From positions 26,672,070 to 26,736,069 of the forward strand of contig NC_092671.1 in assembly GCF_964355755.1 (NCBI RefSeq): 64,000 nt of DNA. The letters run 5' to 3'. Position 1 is the first letter of the stretch; each line of letters starts with the position of its first letter. The DNA comes from Antedon mediterranea. Lineage: Eukaryota; Animalia; Echinodermata. The notes under the pieces were generated by a model. It was not told the origin of the DNA. It made no database searches and worked only from the letters and a program-made list of their open reading frames with translations. This document shows positions 12,931 through 26,743 of the stretch, piece by piece. The position numbers were made by a program, and so were the translations under genes.

Positions 12931-13959
12931 ATTCTGTCCTAAGTCCTGTTCAGCAAACATGCAATAATACCATCCAAAACCAAAACTCGCTGTGATATTG
13001 TTCAAACTGAGAACGTACTAATAAAGGTAATCTGTCTGTATATTTCCAGTCGGCTGTTTTGTGATTGGTAGAAAAATGTGTATTGCGTAATCCGGTAATG
13101 GACATTAATTAAAATTTCAATTGTTGAAACTGTAAACAAAAAAAAGTTTTCATTGTACATGTTAAACACTAGTAAGTAATAATAATGTAGTTTAATCGTT
13201 ATATGTGCCTATATTTCCTATCATAATTACAGACAAAGTTTAGGTACAGAAAGAGAGAAGTCCTCCATTAAAGGAATTAACATGTTAGGGGATATTTTGC
13301 AACAGAAAAATTATGGTTAGAAATAGCATATATTATTCCTTTTATTTGTAATGAAACGTTTTATTTAAAAAAATAACATAGCATTTATTTAAGAGAGTTC
13401 AGTTGGTTGATGGATCAGTCAAGTAAGTTTGTTGGTATGAATTAGCCTAAAACTGCTTTTATTATTGTTTCATTAGATAGGGATAAGTGATTTGATGATC
13501 AATACAATCAGTTATTATTTAATTGTTTGTCTTTCTTTTGTGTTTGTAGGCCAGTCCATAACCGTCCCATAATACAACTTAAAGTAGGCCTTTTTCTGAT
13601 TAGCATAGTTTAGATGTCTGCTGTTTGTAGAAAAACTTTAAGCTACTGACTAACCAGGTATTGTGCTGTAAGATGTGGAATACGAGTCAAATTGCTCTTA
13701 GACTCTTAAAAACACCATTAATGCGTTACCGAATCAATCCACCGCAAAGATCATAATCACAACATTGATGCATATTCCATTGTGCGGATTCATTAAATAA
13801 GTCCCTGTGGATCTACTGCATTCATGTTGAAATACTAAAGCAGTCAACTCAACGTTGTTATTCAGGAGGATATTCCATTTCGTTGTTGGGAAATCGAAAT
13901 TACTTTCCAGTTTTTTAAATATAATGTTATCTTTTATTTTTAATTTAAAAAACATCCAT

Positions 13960-16533
13960 ACAGAATAACATTAGTCAGAAATAAGGTCGTACAATTGTTA
14001 GAGTTAGACTTTATAGACATCTATATGCAAATAAGGGTATATCCCGTAAACAAATAAGCACTTACTAGATGAATAAAATGTAACGAGTTTAACTGAAGAA
14101 GAAAAGTGGATATGTGAAGGTATTGTCACACTAAATGAATGTACCAATGCAATTAAAAAAATGAAATTAAATAAAACCCCCGGATGTGATGGCTTGACCG
14201 TTGAGTTTTATTTACATTTCTGGGATGACATTAAACACATTGTTTGTGACGCTCTAAATGCATGTTATTTAACATTGAAATGAGTTCTACACAGAAACGT
14301 GGTATAAGCCTATTATACAAAAAAGGTGATAAAAAATTTCTAGAAAACAGGCGTCCTATCACTTTATTAAATACAGACTACACAATTTTAACTCAAATTC
14401 TATGTATAAGACTTCATAAAGTAATTGAAAATGTAGTTGACAATGACCAAAAGGGGTACATTAAAGGACGTTTCGCTGGAGAAAACGTCCGTCTAATTAA
14501 TGATATTCTGCATTATACAACAGAAGAACAAATCGAAGGAGCTATTCTATCCCTTGTTTTTAGAAAAGCCTTTGATTCTGTAATTAGAGATTTTATGTTT
14601 AAGGTACTAAAAAAAATAATTTTGGAGACTCCTTTTTAAAATGGGTAAATACAATTTATAGTAAAACTGAATTTGTTATTGTTAATAATGGTTGGATATC
14701 AGAAAGTTTTGAAATGGAATGCGGAATAAGACAGGGTTGTCCATTGTCGGCGTTCCTCTTTATTGTAGTAGTAGAAATTATGGCGTGTAATATAAGAAAA
14801 GATAAATGCTATAAAGGAATACTTTTACCTAACAATGATAATGTTGAGGAAGTTCGCATTGCGCATCTGGCAGATGACACTGTACTCTTGTGGGAAATGA
14901 AAAAAAAGTATAGAGATTGGTTTAAATATTGTTAATAAGTTTGGTAAAGTGTCTGGTATGAATTTGAATAAAAAAAACCAACGCTATATGGATTGGCAAA
15001 TACATAAACAAAATCGAAAAACCATGCAGTCTAAATTGGGTTAATGAACCAATTAAGATTTTGGGTATTTATGTGGGATATGATGAGAAAAAATGCAGTG
15101 AATTAAACTGGTATAGTAAGGTGGCAAACTTAGAAATGCTACTCAATAGATGGAAAGGAAGAAACCTTACCTATTTTTGGCAAAGTTACCATTTTAAAAA
15201 GTTTAGCTTTGTCTAAACTAACATACAATGCATGTATAATTGATGTACCGAAAGATGTTATTTTTAAAATAAATAAATTGATATATAACTTTTTATGGAA
15301 TGGAAACAGAAAAAATAAAAAGAAAAACTTTAATCGGTAAAATGATTATAGGGGGCATAGGTATGCCTGATTTCGCATTACATATAAACGCTCTGAAAAT
15401 GATATGGGCAAGAAAATTACTGAGTAGAAAACACGTAAGATGGAAAATCTTACCACTATACTATTTTAACAAATTTGGAAACGAACAACTAATTTTAAGT
15501 ATGTCAAATATCTATTTTAAAAATAACATGGGTTTAAATAATATACCATCTTTCTATTATAATGGTCTAAAATGTTGTGTTGAATTTAATAATATGAATA
15601 ATGAAGGTACAATTAACAAGTATGAAGAAGTGATAGAGCAAAACTTATGGGGTAATAATTATATTAAATATAGAAACAAACCACTATTTTTTGCAGGTTT
15701 TAATCAAATTGGAGATATAATTATTTTCAATCGTCTAATGAAACCTATAGAAATAATTAAACAACTACGAATTAAGAAAAACTGGATAGCTGAATATGTT
15801 TCTTTAACTAGAGCTATTCCAAAAGAGTGGTTAAATATAGTTAAACATAATATGCCAAATATGAACCAATATATGAATGTGAATCTGGAATACAATATTA
15901 ACAATATAATTAAGATGACAACAAAAGATGTTTATTCTAACTTTTTTAATAATGTTTTTATTCCCCCGAAAAGCATACTTAAATGGAATAACGTATTTAA
16001 CGAAGATATCAAGTGGTGTGATGTCTGGAAAAGAAAAGTGAAAAACGAAAAAACTAAGAAATTTGCCCAATTGAATTACAAATTACTAATAGAATTGTAC
16101 CTACAAATCTAAAAATGTATAACTTGAAACTGAAAAATAATAACATATGTAACAATTGTGGAGTCATTGAAGACGAAAAGCATTTGTTTTATTATTGTAG
16201 ACGTAATCAAATACTGTGGAATAAAATTGACAATACATTTAAAAAGCTAGATAACAGCAGTAGCTCGTTCAAAGAACTCATCTTGGTTATTGACTTTGTA
16301 GTCATTTGCCTAATTGCTGCTTATGACTAATTAATTGATTTTTATGGTTTTTGTATTCATATAAATCAAAACACTATATGTGGGCCTATAAAAGTTAAAA
16401 GTGTAAAAATCAGAAAATAACGAAAAAAGTAGAAAATGGAAATTTAATGTACGAAAATGAAATGTGAACGAAATATGTATGAAAGATTGAATGAATAAAG
16501 GTGGTGGTTAACCACAAAAGAAAGAAAAAAAAA
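13960..16533 (+). mobile_element. 5'-truncated, frameshifted Tx1/L1-clade LINE (RT plus C-terminal zinc knuckle)
   Basis: Motifs KLNKTPGCDGLTVEFY, RPITLLNTDY, GIRQGCPLS, LADDT and CxxC...HLFYYC are spread over several broken frames. The element ends in AATAAA and an A-rich tail at about 16495-16533. The 5' boundary is approximate. Confidence 0.85.
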
Positions 16534-18029
16534 TCGTGCAATTGGTTTGCAATCATGGTCTTTGTAAAATCTCCTATTTAAAAAAAAAGACGGTAAGCTA
16601 CAGAACAAATTCTGACAAATTTCTAGTAGGCCTAATCGTCTTATTTTAATTTAGAATTATAGTATTAGGTGAATATCAGAAAATGTTGGTATACTCTTTG
16701 TACAAGATAATAGTCGTTTACTCAAGTTGTAGTATAACCAAAATCTCAACTTACTTTTCCTTTTATATTGTACCGCAATCGATTGTAGGCCTACTATAAC
16801 AATTCTGTTTAGGCTTACTTATTGTAGGATAAACACCAAAACAAGAGGATTAGGCCGAGGTAGACGAACATTCAATCGATCAGTTACGCACACGTAGCTT
16901 AAACTTTTGTATATATTCCGTCTAGCCTACTGTCCTGAAATGTAAGCTCACTGTCGTTATTATTGGGGTGCTTTTTTTTTTGGTGACCTGAGTATTTTTC
17001 AGACTCCATCTATGTTTAACAATTCCTCTTCCGGAGTCCAGTCGAACCCGAATTCCCATTGCGAGATCTTCAAGATCAACTGTTATATATAGCAATGTAC
17101 AATTTATGTTAAGCTGTTTACACTGAGTTGAGGAGAACCAGAATTAAGACATATAATACCAAGGATAATTCCTTAATAATGAGATTCTTCTTTTAATTTA
17201 TTTTTTATTTGCCGATGCAATCTCAATCATATACATCGAAATAGAGGGATGACATTTTAAGATAATAGTTAAAATGGATTTAAATGCATGTTGCAAGTTT
17301 AAAAATTGGATTCCTCTGGCCAAACTTCTTTAATGAACCAATTGAAACTTTGGGCATTGCCTTTAGAAAGTAATGTTTTTTGCAACATTTCTAGGCCTAT
17401 AAGATAAACATGAACATCTTAAAAATGACCATAGAGTATAATAATGATTTACATGCATGGATTAAAAAAAATCTGAATCAACTTTAATATCATAAAAAGC
17501 TTTTAAATACGTCATACATAGTCAATTATCGTGGATCACTCGCCAAAGCCATTTTAATCTAGTACAAATTAGGAAGGCTTAATTTTAACCTTTTATTCTG
17601 ACGTAACAAAATTTAACTTTACGTAATAACATACATTTAAATCTATTTTTAATTAATCGATCCCAAACGTGTAGTGTTGTTAAAATATTTAACGTCAACC
17701 AAATGTTTACTAATTAAGGTTAGCTCATATAAAGTATAAAACCGAAATTTAACTAAATATATAACTTAACTTATAACTAACCGAAATCGAACCGAGTCAA
17801 TTATCAGTTGCACATTACGAAAGTTAATATGTTAATCTTTTTTAATCATGCGGTATTATTTGTTTATAACAAAAATAATGTTGACGTTTTGAATTTGTAC
17901 ACACTCTGAGAATATTTTTTTTGTACGTTTCCGCTATTGAAACAAATCCAGATGTATTATTTTATGTATGTAGACAAATGTGGCCACGGATTACAAAAGT
18001 AAATTAATCACTGTTCTATCAGATAGGTG

Positions 18030-18200
18030 GTATGGGGATATTTTGTCTACTAATTCAACGAGATGACCCCTACTTGTCTCAAAAAATGAAGTGGGTTCTT
18101 TAATGTGTACACTTATCCGAGGTACTAGGAGCGAGGATTGTTGGCTCTTTAGGTACCGTAATAGTACGGTAAACGGCAAAACACCGCTGGGCCATTTGTC
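18030..18200 (-). repeat. Probable SINE body fragment; related sequence at about 29190-29320
   Basis: Shared CCCCxACTxGTCTCxAAA...GGTTCTTTAAxGT motif at both loci; the SINE assignment is from resemblance only. Confidence 0.4.
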
Positions 18201-18737
18201 TCGCTGTGATCTCTATTATCCCGCCTATGGATGGTATTGCTGCCAGATAGCCTGTCCATCAGCTTATTTATTAAATTGAAATTTATGCCAATAAGGTAAC
18301 GATTTTGTTGGCGTTTGTTGATAGTTAGTATTCTATCTTTGTAGCAAAAATCTCAAGATGTTCATTTTGAATGACCGAATTATTCTTCTTATTTCTTTCC
18401 AGATATACATTTACTGGATTCAGAGATAAACGTTTGCTTTGTATACATATAAAATGAGTTTACGATTGTAACGTTTTATATTATTATTTTGATAACGTTG
18501 TCTCACAATGTAAATCCTGATACAGTAAGTGTAGACATAGGCTTATTATATTGTCATAATAAATAATATGTTGTCTTTTAAATTCTAGAACAACAAAATA
18601 CAAATTCTATACGATATAAATATACAAAATTTATTTCACATAATTCTGTGGTATTATAATTTCCATTAAGTGCCAATAAAGAAAAGTAAAAATCAGCATG
18701 ATGAAAACACGATGATCAGGTAACTGTGTAGTGCAGA

Positions 18738-20312
18738 TTACATGCACTTAATGTAGTCCATCTGGAGCCTTAGAATAATTGATTCCAACTTTAATTGAAT
18801 GTCTTCTGCTGTTGCTCTGATAGCAGGGTTTTCAGTAGTACATTCTCTGTAAAGAGTTCCTAGTTTTTCTTCGGTGCGTGCAGTAAAAAGATATTCCATT
18901 AATTATCTGTCCGATTGACAAAACATCAGAAGCTTTGGAAAAATACCGTCCTCTTTTCCAGCAGTTTCCATTGGCAAACTCTGGCGCAACACATTTATTA
19001 TCGTTCAGGATTTGTTTAACGGTTGATTTTGGTCATAGGCGACCAAGAGAAAGCCATCGTGGTGCATTAGCATTGCAGGCAAGACCAACATCGATCACTT
19101 TTGCAGCAACCCTGAAAAAAAAAATAGATTAAAATGTTAAAACCAGGACTAAGATTAACTAAACAGTGATTTGTACAATTAGAGGCCTACTATTTGAACA
19201 TTTCCAGAAAGTGTTTGTATCGGCCTTACACCGTTGCAACCTACATCTCTTTAGTTTCAAAGTTAACAAATGATTGGTTTGTTCGGTATAAAATTTAAAC
19301 AGCAAAAGTACCTTTTTTGTTCATTTCTGTATAAAAGAACATTCCTATGTGCAATGTCACAATGGAGTATGTCTTTTTCGTGCATTTTTCGAATACCCTT
19401 TACGATGTCCAGAAGTACATTTATCCACATAATGTCCCGTTTTCTACTTCTGCATGGAAACCCGTCGTTGTATTGTGCCTTAAACTCCTCAGTGAGTGTC
19501 TCAGAGTACTTTTTATTCCCAATAAATTCCATAATGATGTGGTAGACATTTTGATTCTTACAGACACCATATACATCTGGAAACTCTGGAAATTCACGAA
19601 GTCTGTCCATAAACTGTAAAATACGAGTACATTTAAATATGAATAAAACATATTTTTCTTTCATTTGATTGTAAATATCTGTTTAATGAAGACCACTATA
19701 ATTATTATTATCTTTTAGTCACTGATTTTTCTCGATCGCACACCATGCAATAGTAATTTGATTGAAATCTATATAACAATAATTACCTGGAGTTCTTTGG
19801 TTATTTTCTTACTCATTTTCTTTTTCTTTTTTCTTGAGAATGATTCTTCATAAGGGAAAGACTTAACTGCCACTAACTTTTTCTTATCACCTTCAGTAAG
19901 TGTCATTAGGTTTACTACGCCAAAAGAACAAAAAAAGCCCAGACAACAGCTCGGCTTAGAATCTTGAGCACTGGAGATTGGTTTCAGATTTTCTTCATCG
20001 ATTTTCTTGTAGTCGTTTAAATAATGTACAGGCTTGATGATCTTTTTGGAAAATCTTTTTTATTTTACATCTAGCTGATTTCAGTAATTTAAACTCTATA
20101 TTGAGATATTAATTTTTAACATACTGTATTATTATTAAGTACGTCAAGATAACATTCTAAGGGTTTATAAGGTTTTCATCATTTTAAATAAAATGTAATT
20201 ATTACTTTGTTGTGGTTCAGCATTGTCATCAAGGTTGTCGGTAGTCTTCTCTGTTTTATTTTTTCAGTTTTTAAATGTTTTATTTCGTTATCGCAGTCAA
20301 TTTTCTTTAAAC
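18738..20312 (-). pseudogene. Decayed tandem duplicate of the protein kinase at 23499-25545
   Basis: Exons 20312-20206 (approx.), 20095-19787, 19613-19312 and 19111-18738 parallel the intact copy. The last exon is 374 nt versus 379 nt (frameshift), the Gly-loop exon has indels, and coding exon 1 is absent. Confidence 0.85.
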
Positions 20313-20733
20313 CTGTAAGGATAGCAATTATTAATTCAAAATTATATTTTTAAAATAAAACACATTTGTCCTTCTATCCAAAGTTTGTATTGATTCTAGT
20401 TTAGACCAGTTGACAATTATGTAGAAAATAAATTTGGCAGAAGTCTAAACTAGCAAACTTTAAGTGTGTGTCTAGGCCGCAAACTTCTCTCTATATGTAT
20501 AGCGTTTAAAATATGTATATGCATATCATAGCCCAATCGCTGTAATAAGAAAACTAACATACTTGAGTATTAAGTATAATAATGTTTCTATCATCCTGTT
20601 TGACAATTACGATTGCTACATATCTGTACCTTAAGTAAGTAGGCTTATACTCTTTATAAACAGTCATTAAAAATATTCCCATTAATTTGATTTAATTTGC
20701 GTTACTGTGTACTATATTACCTATTATTAATTA

Positions 20734-21310
20734 TTTAAAATTAAATACCAAAAAGACATGTGAAATGATAATTGACTTCCGGAAAAATAAATTACATAAA
20801 AATCTGAGAATCGGAAACGGAAACATTAGGGTTGTGTCTGAATTTAAATATTTAGGTACCACTATTGATGATCGGTTAAAAAGGAACTAAAATACACTCA
20901 GATTTTATAAAAAGGGTCAACAAAGACTTTATATGATGCAGAAAATTTAATATTGACAACACAATTCTTAAACTTTACTATAATTCAATGATTTCTAGTG
21001 TTATTTCATTCTGTTTTACAATCTGATTTAAGTCAAAAAGACTATGCATTATTTTTAAAGTATAAACAAAAGAGCGTGTAGGATTACTGCAATGACCAAA
21101 GATGATATGACACATCTACCTATGAAAAAACTGTGATCTCTATATGGTAAAGCGTACCGTATCCTATCACAACCTTCTCATCCCCTCTTTAAAGAATATA
21201 ATTTTCTTCCATCATTAATCCGACTTCAATCCCACCGTATGCGAACAACCCGTTATTCCAAATCATTATCCCTAAGTCAATTACAGTTTTCAACAACAAC
21301 GTTACTAGAT
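20734..21310 (+). mobile_element. Rex1/Babar-type LINE 3' fragment (degenerate)
   Basis: Translated remnants LKLNTKKTCEMIIDFRK, FKYLGTTIDDRL, KKGQQRLY, ILSQPSHPLFKEYNFLPS and RTTRYSKS, typical of the RT C-terminal region of this clade, with stops and frameshifts. Confidence 0.75.
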
Positions 21311-22024
21311 AATTTGGTTCTGTTAAAGTAATTTATTGTATATAACGTTTTTGTGTATTTCTGTATAGTGTGTATAATGTTCTTATATATTTATTCTTTC
21401 TTTAAATACTAGTGTACAAAGAACGAATTTCCGATATCTTTTATTGGAACAAATACATGCTGTGAGAGCAACGCATTATTATTATTAATATTACCCAAAG
21501 TCATGTTCACACTAATCTCAAGTTAAGAATATTACCAGTAAAAAGTAATGTAATGATGCATGGTCATACAAGATACAATATGTATGGAAACACACACATT
21601 CCCATGGCCGATATGAATACAATGACACAAACAATGCATTCAAGAAACATAAGAGAAATTGACATTTATAAAACTAATATATACTAATATTATATTACAT
21701 TTCTTACTTAAAATATATTGTTTTCGTAAACAATAATAATAAAGAAGAATGATATCTATTTTTTAGTTTTAATCAATATTTACTTTCGCAGAATAAAAAA
21801 CCGAACAGAAATAATGATTTCAATAATAAACGGTTAAATTTAACCAAAACTCGACATGGGCCTTCCGGTTGACTATTTAAAAAAACCTAAATTACATTAA
21901 AAAAAAGTAAATTGGTTTTGTCAAGGAAAATGTAATTATTTTTTAAATTGGTATTATTGTAGTAGGAAATGAACCTTGTGAGAAATACGATTACACTAAT
22001 AAACTAATTTTATTTCCATTATAG

Positions 22025-23178
22025 ACCATATCGAAACAAACGTCCACAAATGGTCCTCATCAACCTGTCGTTATCATTGCTATTTCTGTACCTTGTGTTT
22101 GCGATTGGTTTTGGGCAAACGAATTGGATGCGTTGTTGTTTCAATGTTGATTCATTACTTTGGATTAGCCTCTATTTTCTGGATGTCGATTGAAGCTATA
22201 AATGTGTACCTAATGCTTGTGAAAGTCTTCTACGGAAAAAATTAGTTATTTTATGATGAAAGTGGTTGTTGCAGGCTACTGTAAATGTTATATATTTATT
22301 TTTTCTAAATAAAACACGTAATGCAAATGTTTACGCTGTACTCTATCGTTTTAACATTTTGTTTTTATAATATATATTGTCACATTATGTAAATGTTGTG
22401 CGCAAATTGATGTAGAGTAAATTTCAATATAACAATTTCAATATATAATTACTTATCGATTTGTTTATAGCATTCCCTTTGATATTTGTTGCAGTTTGTG
22501 TATGTATTGATGTTGATTACTACGCCAACGACAACTAGTATATCAGATACCGTAGGTTAAACAAAACATCAACAACCTATCTATAGATATCCTATGAAAT
22601 AAATGAAAGTGTATGCTTATATGAGTGGGGTGTGTTTCGTGGTAAAATTATAACTACACTAAATTACTGTACTATAATTGTATTTATATATATATTTATA
22701 TATATATATATAATTATATATTAAAATTTAACTTACTTTAATAATTCACATATGTATGACTTATTTTTTCCAGCTGTTTTATTCCTAAAGGAAATGTTCG
22801 AAACTTTGAATTCATTTAGATCATAGGTATCCTTATGTTGTTTAATGTAGAAAAAAGTTTGGTGAAGGCGTTTCTAAATATAGGCCTAAAAGAGGAAAAA
22901 TTTGGACACGTTTGCAGAATACTTTTGCAGTTTCTGTGCTTTTAGGTATGACATGGATATTCGGGTTTCTGGCGATCGATGCAGATTCATTATCTCACGA
23001 CCTGTTTGAATTGCTGTTCTGTATGTTAAACTCTCTACAAGGGCTTTTTATATTCCTTTTCTTTTGCGTACGCCAGAAGAATATTCGTAAAGCATGGAAA
23101 TCATGTTTCCAGGGAAGTGACAGATCCAAGAAAACTAAACTGGCTACTGATACTGCAAGAAGAGCAGATTTAGCATAA
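22025..23178 (+). pseudogene. Adhesion GPCR (secretin-like 7TM, ADGRG-like) 3' exons, disrupted
   Basis: Exons 22025-22280 (VLINLSLSLL..., HYFGLASIFWMSIEAINVYLMLVKVF), 22471-22537 and 22774-23178 (LLGMTWIFGFLAI...NSLQGLFIFLFFCVR), with frameshifts and an in-frame TAG near 22817. Confidence 0.8.
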
Positions 23179-23498
23179 AGTGTGGGGTGGTAGGGGATGG
23201 GCGTAGTGTTTGTTATACAACGTTTTCCAACTGCATGCTTCTATACCATGGGGAATCAAAATGACTGCAATTGTACAGGGAATGCTTATATGAAGTTTCA
23301 ACATCATCCTCCATCTTGGATCCAGTTTATGTTTAATGTTTTCTTTAATTCTAGAAACACAAGTACGATATAAAAATACAAATTATCATTTATTGTACAT
23401 AATTCTGTGGTATTATCATTGCCATGATAAAGGCATTGCCATTTACTAAATAAATCAGTATAATGAAATACTATGATCAGGTAACTGTGTAGTGCAGA

Positions 23499-25545
23499 TT
23501 ACATGCACTTAATGTAGTCCATCTGGAGTCTTAGAATAATTGATTCCAACTTCGATTGAATGTCTTCTGCTGTTGCTCTGATAGCAGGGTTTTCAGTAGT
23601 ACATTTTTTGAAAAGAGTTTCTAGTTTTTCTTCACAGCATGCAGTGAAAAGTGGAGATATTCCATTAATTATCTGTCCGATTGACCAAACATCAGAAGCT
23701 TTGGAAAAATACCATCCTCTTCTCCAGCAGTTTCCATTGGCAAACTCTGGCGCAACACATTTATTATCGTTCAGGATTTGTTGAGCGGTTGATTTTGGTC
23801 GTAGGCGACCAAGAGAAAGCCATCGTGGTGTATTAGAATTGCAGGCAAGACCAACATCGATCACTTTTGCAGCAACCCTGACAAAATATATAAATTGAAG
23901 TTTTAAAACCGGGAGTAATATTAACTAAACAGTGATTTGTACAATTAATACTAGGAGGTCTACTATCTTTATATTGTGAGAAAGTGTTTCTCGCCTTTAC
24001 ACCATATCAACCTACATCAGTCTTTTTAATTTAAAATTTAAATAATAAGTGGTTTGCGTGGTATATAGTTTAAACAAAAACAAAAGTACCTTTGTTCATT
24101 ATTGTATAAAAGAACATTCCTAGGTGCAATGTCGCAATGGAGTATGTCTTTTTCGTGCATTTTTCGAATACCCTTTACGATGTCCAGAAGTACATTTATC
24201 CACATGATGTCCCGTTTTCTACTTCTGCATGGAAACCCGTCGTTGTATTGTGCCTTAAACTCCTCAGTGAGAGTCTGAGAGTACTTTTTATTCCCAATAA
24301 ATTCCATAATGATGTGGTAGCCATTTTGATTCTTACAGACACCATATACATCTGGAAACTCTGGAATTTCACGAAGTCTGTCCATAAACTGTAAAATACG
24401 AGCACATTTAAATATGAATAATTGTTTTTCTTTCATTGATTGTAAATATCTGTTTAATGAAGACCACTTTAATTATTATTATTTTTTAGTCACTGATTTT
24501 TCTCGATCGCACACCATGCAATAGTAATTTTATTTAAATCTATATAACAACAATAATTACCTGAAGTTCTTTGGTTATTTTCTTGTTCATTTTCTTTTTC
24601 TTTTTTCTTGAGAATGATTCTTCATACGGGAAAGACTTAACTGCCACTAGAATTGTCTTATCACCTTCAGTAAGTGTCATGAGGTTTACTACGCCAAAAG
24701 AACCAAAGCCCAGACAGCTCGGCTTAGAATCTTGAGGATTGGAGATTGGTTTCAGATTTTCTTCATCGATTTTCTTGTAGTCGTCTAAATATGTATAGGC
24801 TTGACGATTTTTTTGGAAAATCTTTCTTATTTTACGTCTAGCTGATTTCAGTAATTTAAACCCTATAATAAAAAACATATTGAGATTATTAAAATTTAGT
24901 TTTATAGTTTTTATTAATACTGTATATTAAAGTACGTAAAAATACAATTCTAAGGCAAATCAATTAATCGTTTTAAAAACAAAATGTAATTATTACTTTG
25001 TTGTGGTTCAGCATTGTCATCAAGGTTGTCTTTAGTCTTCTCTGTCTTAGTTTCAGTTTTTAAATGTTTTATTTCGTTATCGCAGACGATTTTCTTTAAG
25101 CCTGTTAACAGAAATTAAGCTTAGCAATTATTAATTCAAAAAGATATTTTTCAAATATTGCCATAGTTAGGCTTCTTCTTAATTTTGTTTTTCAACTACC
25201 TGTTGTATCTCCATCTCCTCTGCTGTCAATTCCATCCATTTTCTTTACATCAATTTGCTTTCCCAAAGTAGAGAAATAGTCTGCAAAATTGAATCTTCTT
25301 TGAAGCAGATAGTTGGTGTCGGCTGATGTATCGATGGTGATGGACGGCTTCTTTGATTTTGGTACACTCGAACTAATGGCAATAGGTTTGATGCCTTCTT
25401 GGATCTTGTTGCCATTAGTATTACTACTACTCTTTATATCTCTATTACAGGTAGGCCTATTGTTTACTGCTACTCTGATGAGATCATCAAGTATAGTGGC
25501 AACGATGTTTTTGGATGAAAAAAGTGCAACGTTCTTAGAATCCAT
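23499..25545 (-). CDS. Divergent protein kinase (tyrosine-kinase-like catalytic loop), about 476 aa
   Basis: Exons 25545-25200, 25101-24997, 24862-24561, 24388-24090 and 23877-23499 total 1431 nt with consistent phases. Motifs: GFGSFGVV, VAVK, HCDIAPRNVLL, DVG, APE, SDVWSIG. A probable 5' UTR exon donor lies near 25762. Confidence 0.85.
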
Positions 25546-26743
25546 TATTTGCTGAAATTCGATAAGAAAATATCTTTGGACGTTAATTTGTATCTGGCTA
25601 AATTGCCGTTATTATCATTATTGAATAATAGATCTGTTCATAACATCATACAGTTATTGTAGGCTAAGCCTAACGTTATTATTAATAAACATCTTCCTGG
25701 CGCCCTGATTCATCTAATCTAAGCGGGCACAGGCGAGGATTTTAAACAAAAATTAAGCTTACCAATTTAATATTACTTTGAAATATTTTAGAAAATTAGT
25801 TGATAAAATTCAATACGCTTTTATGAGACTATTATCGAAACGATGTTACTGGTTTAGCTTCCAGCGAAGAACTGGTGCGGTTTGTTTGGATATGTTGTTA
25901 TAGTATCTGTAACTAAGATACGTGCGCCGTATTATTCGCAACGCGTACGCACATTAACGCACCATCAACGTAGAGATAGCAGCTGCTAGTGTAACACGCA
26001 TCTAGGGATAGCAGCGACAACACATTTGTCTTTCCTTCCAAAATTTGTATTGATCCTAGTTTAGAACAGTTGACAACATGTTTAGTGAGATCCAACTTAC
26101 CCACTATACTGTGTTGTGAGAGCATGCATTGGGTCCAAATATCATTAGTAACTTCTTATACTTGGCTCCGTAATTATATACACATAATATATTCCAATAA
26201 TATAGTTTCTTCTGTACATGTACAGGATACGCAAAGTTCCTTGAGTTAACAAACAACGGTAAGTAAAACAAATACGTCCTGCTTGTTCGACGGTCGGTAG
26301 TTGAGAGAGAGAGACAAAGAATAAAAAGGTTTGCATGCCGTTCGTTACACCTGCTAACACATATGCAAATTGCCTCTACACATGTAAAAAAGACATTTGG
26401 CAGAAGTCTACACTAGCAAACGTTAGAAAAAAAACAAAAACGTCATTTATCTCATATACTGTACGTCGGGGAAACAAAAAACATTCTCCGTATGACAATA
26501 CACAGATCATGCTATCTTGATCAACCTGTAGCCGAACATTTTAATTCAGTTGGTCACTCGATTGCACTGATTTCAGAGTCATTGCAATAGACCACGATGT
26601 AAAATGGAGCGAAAAAACTCGCAAAGACAAAGAAAACCAATGGGAATTACAAATTAAAACCACAAAACCTTTTAGACTGAACAACAGGAACATACTCCCA
26701 GATTGGTAAAATTATTCCATTGACTACCAACATTTAAGTTTCA

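Noticed and set aside
13734-13955. 73-aa minus-strand ORF next to the LINE
   Set aside because: No recognisable motif or consistent splice partners.
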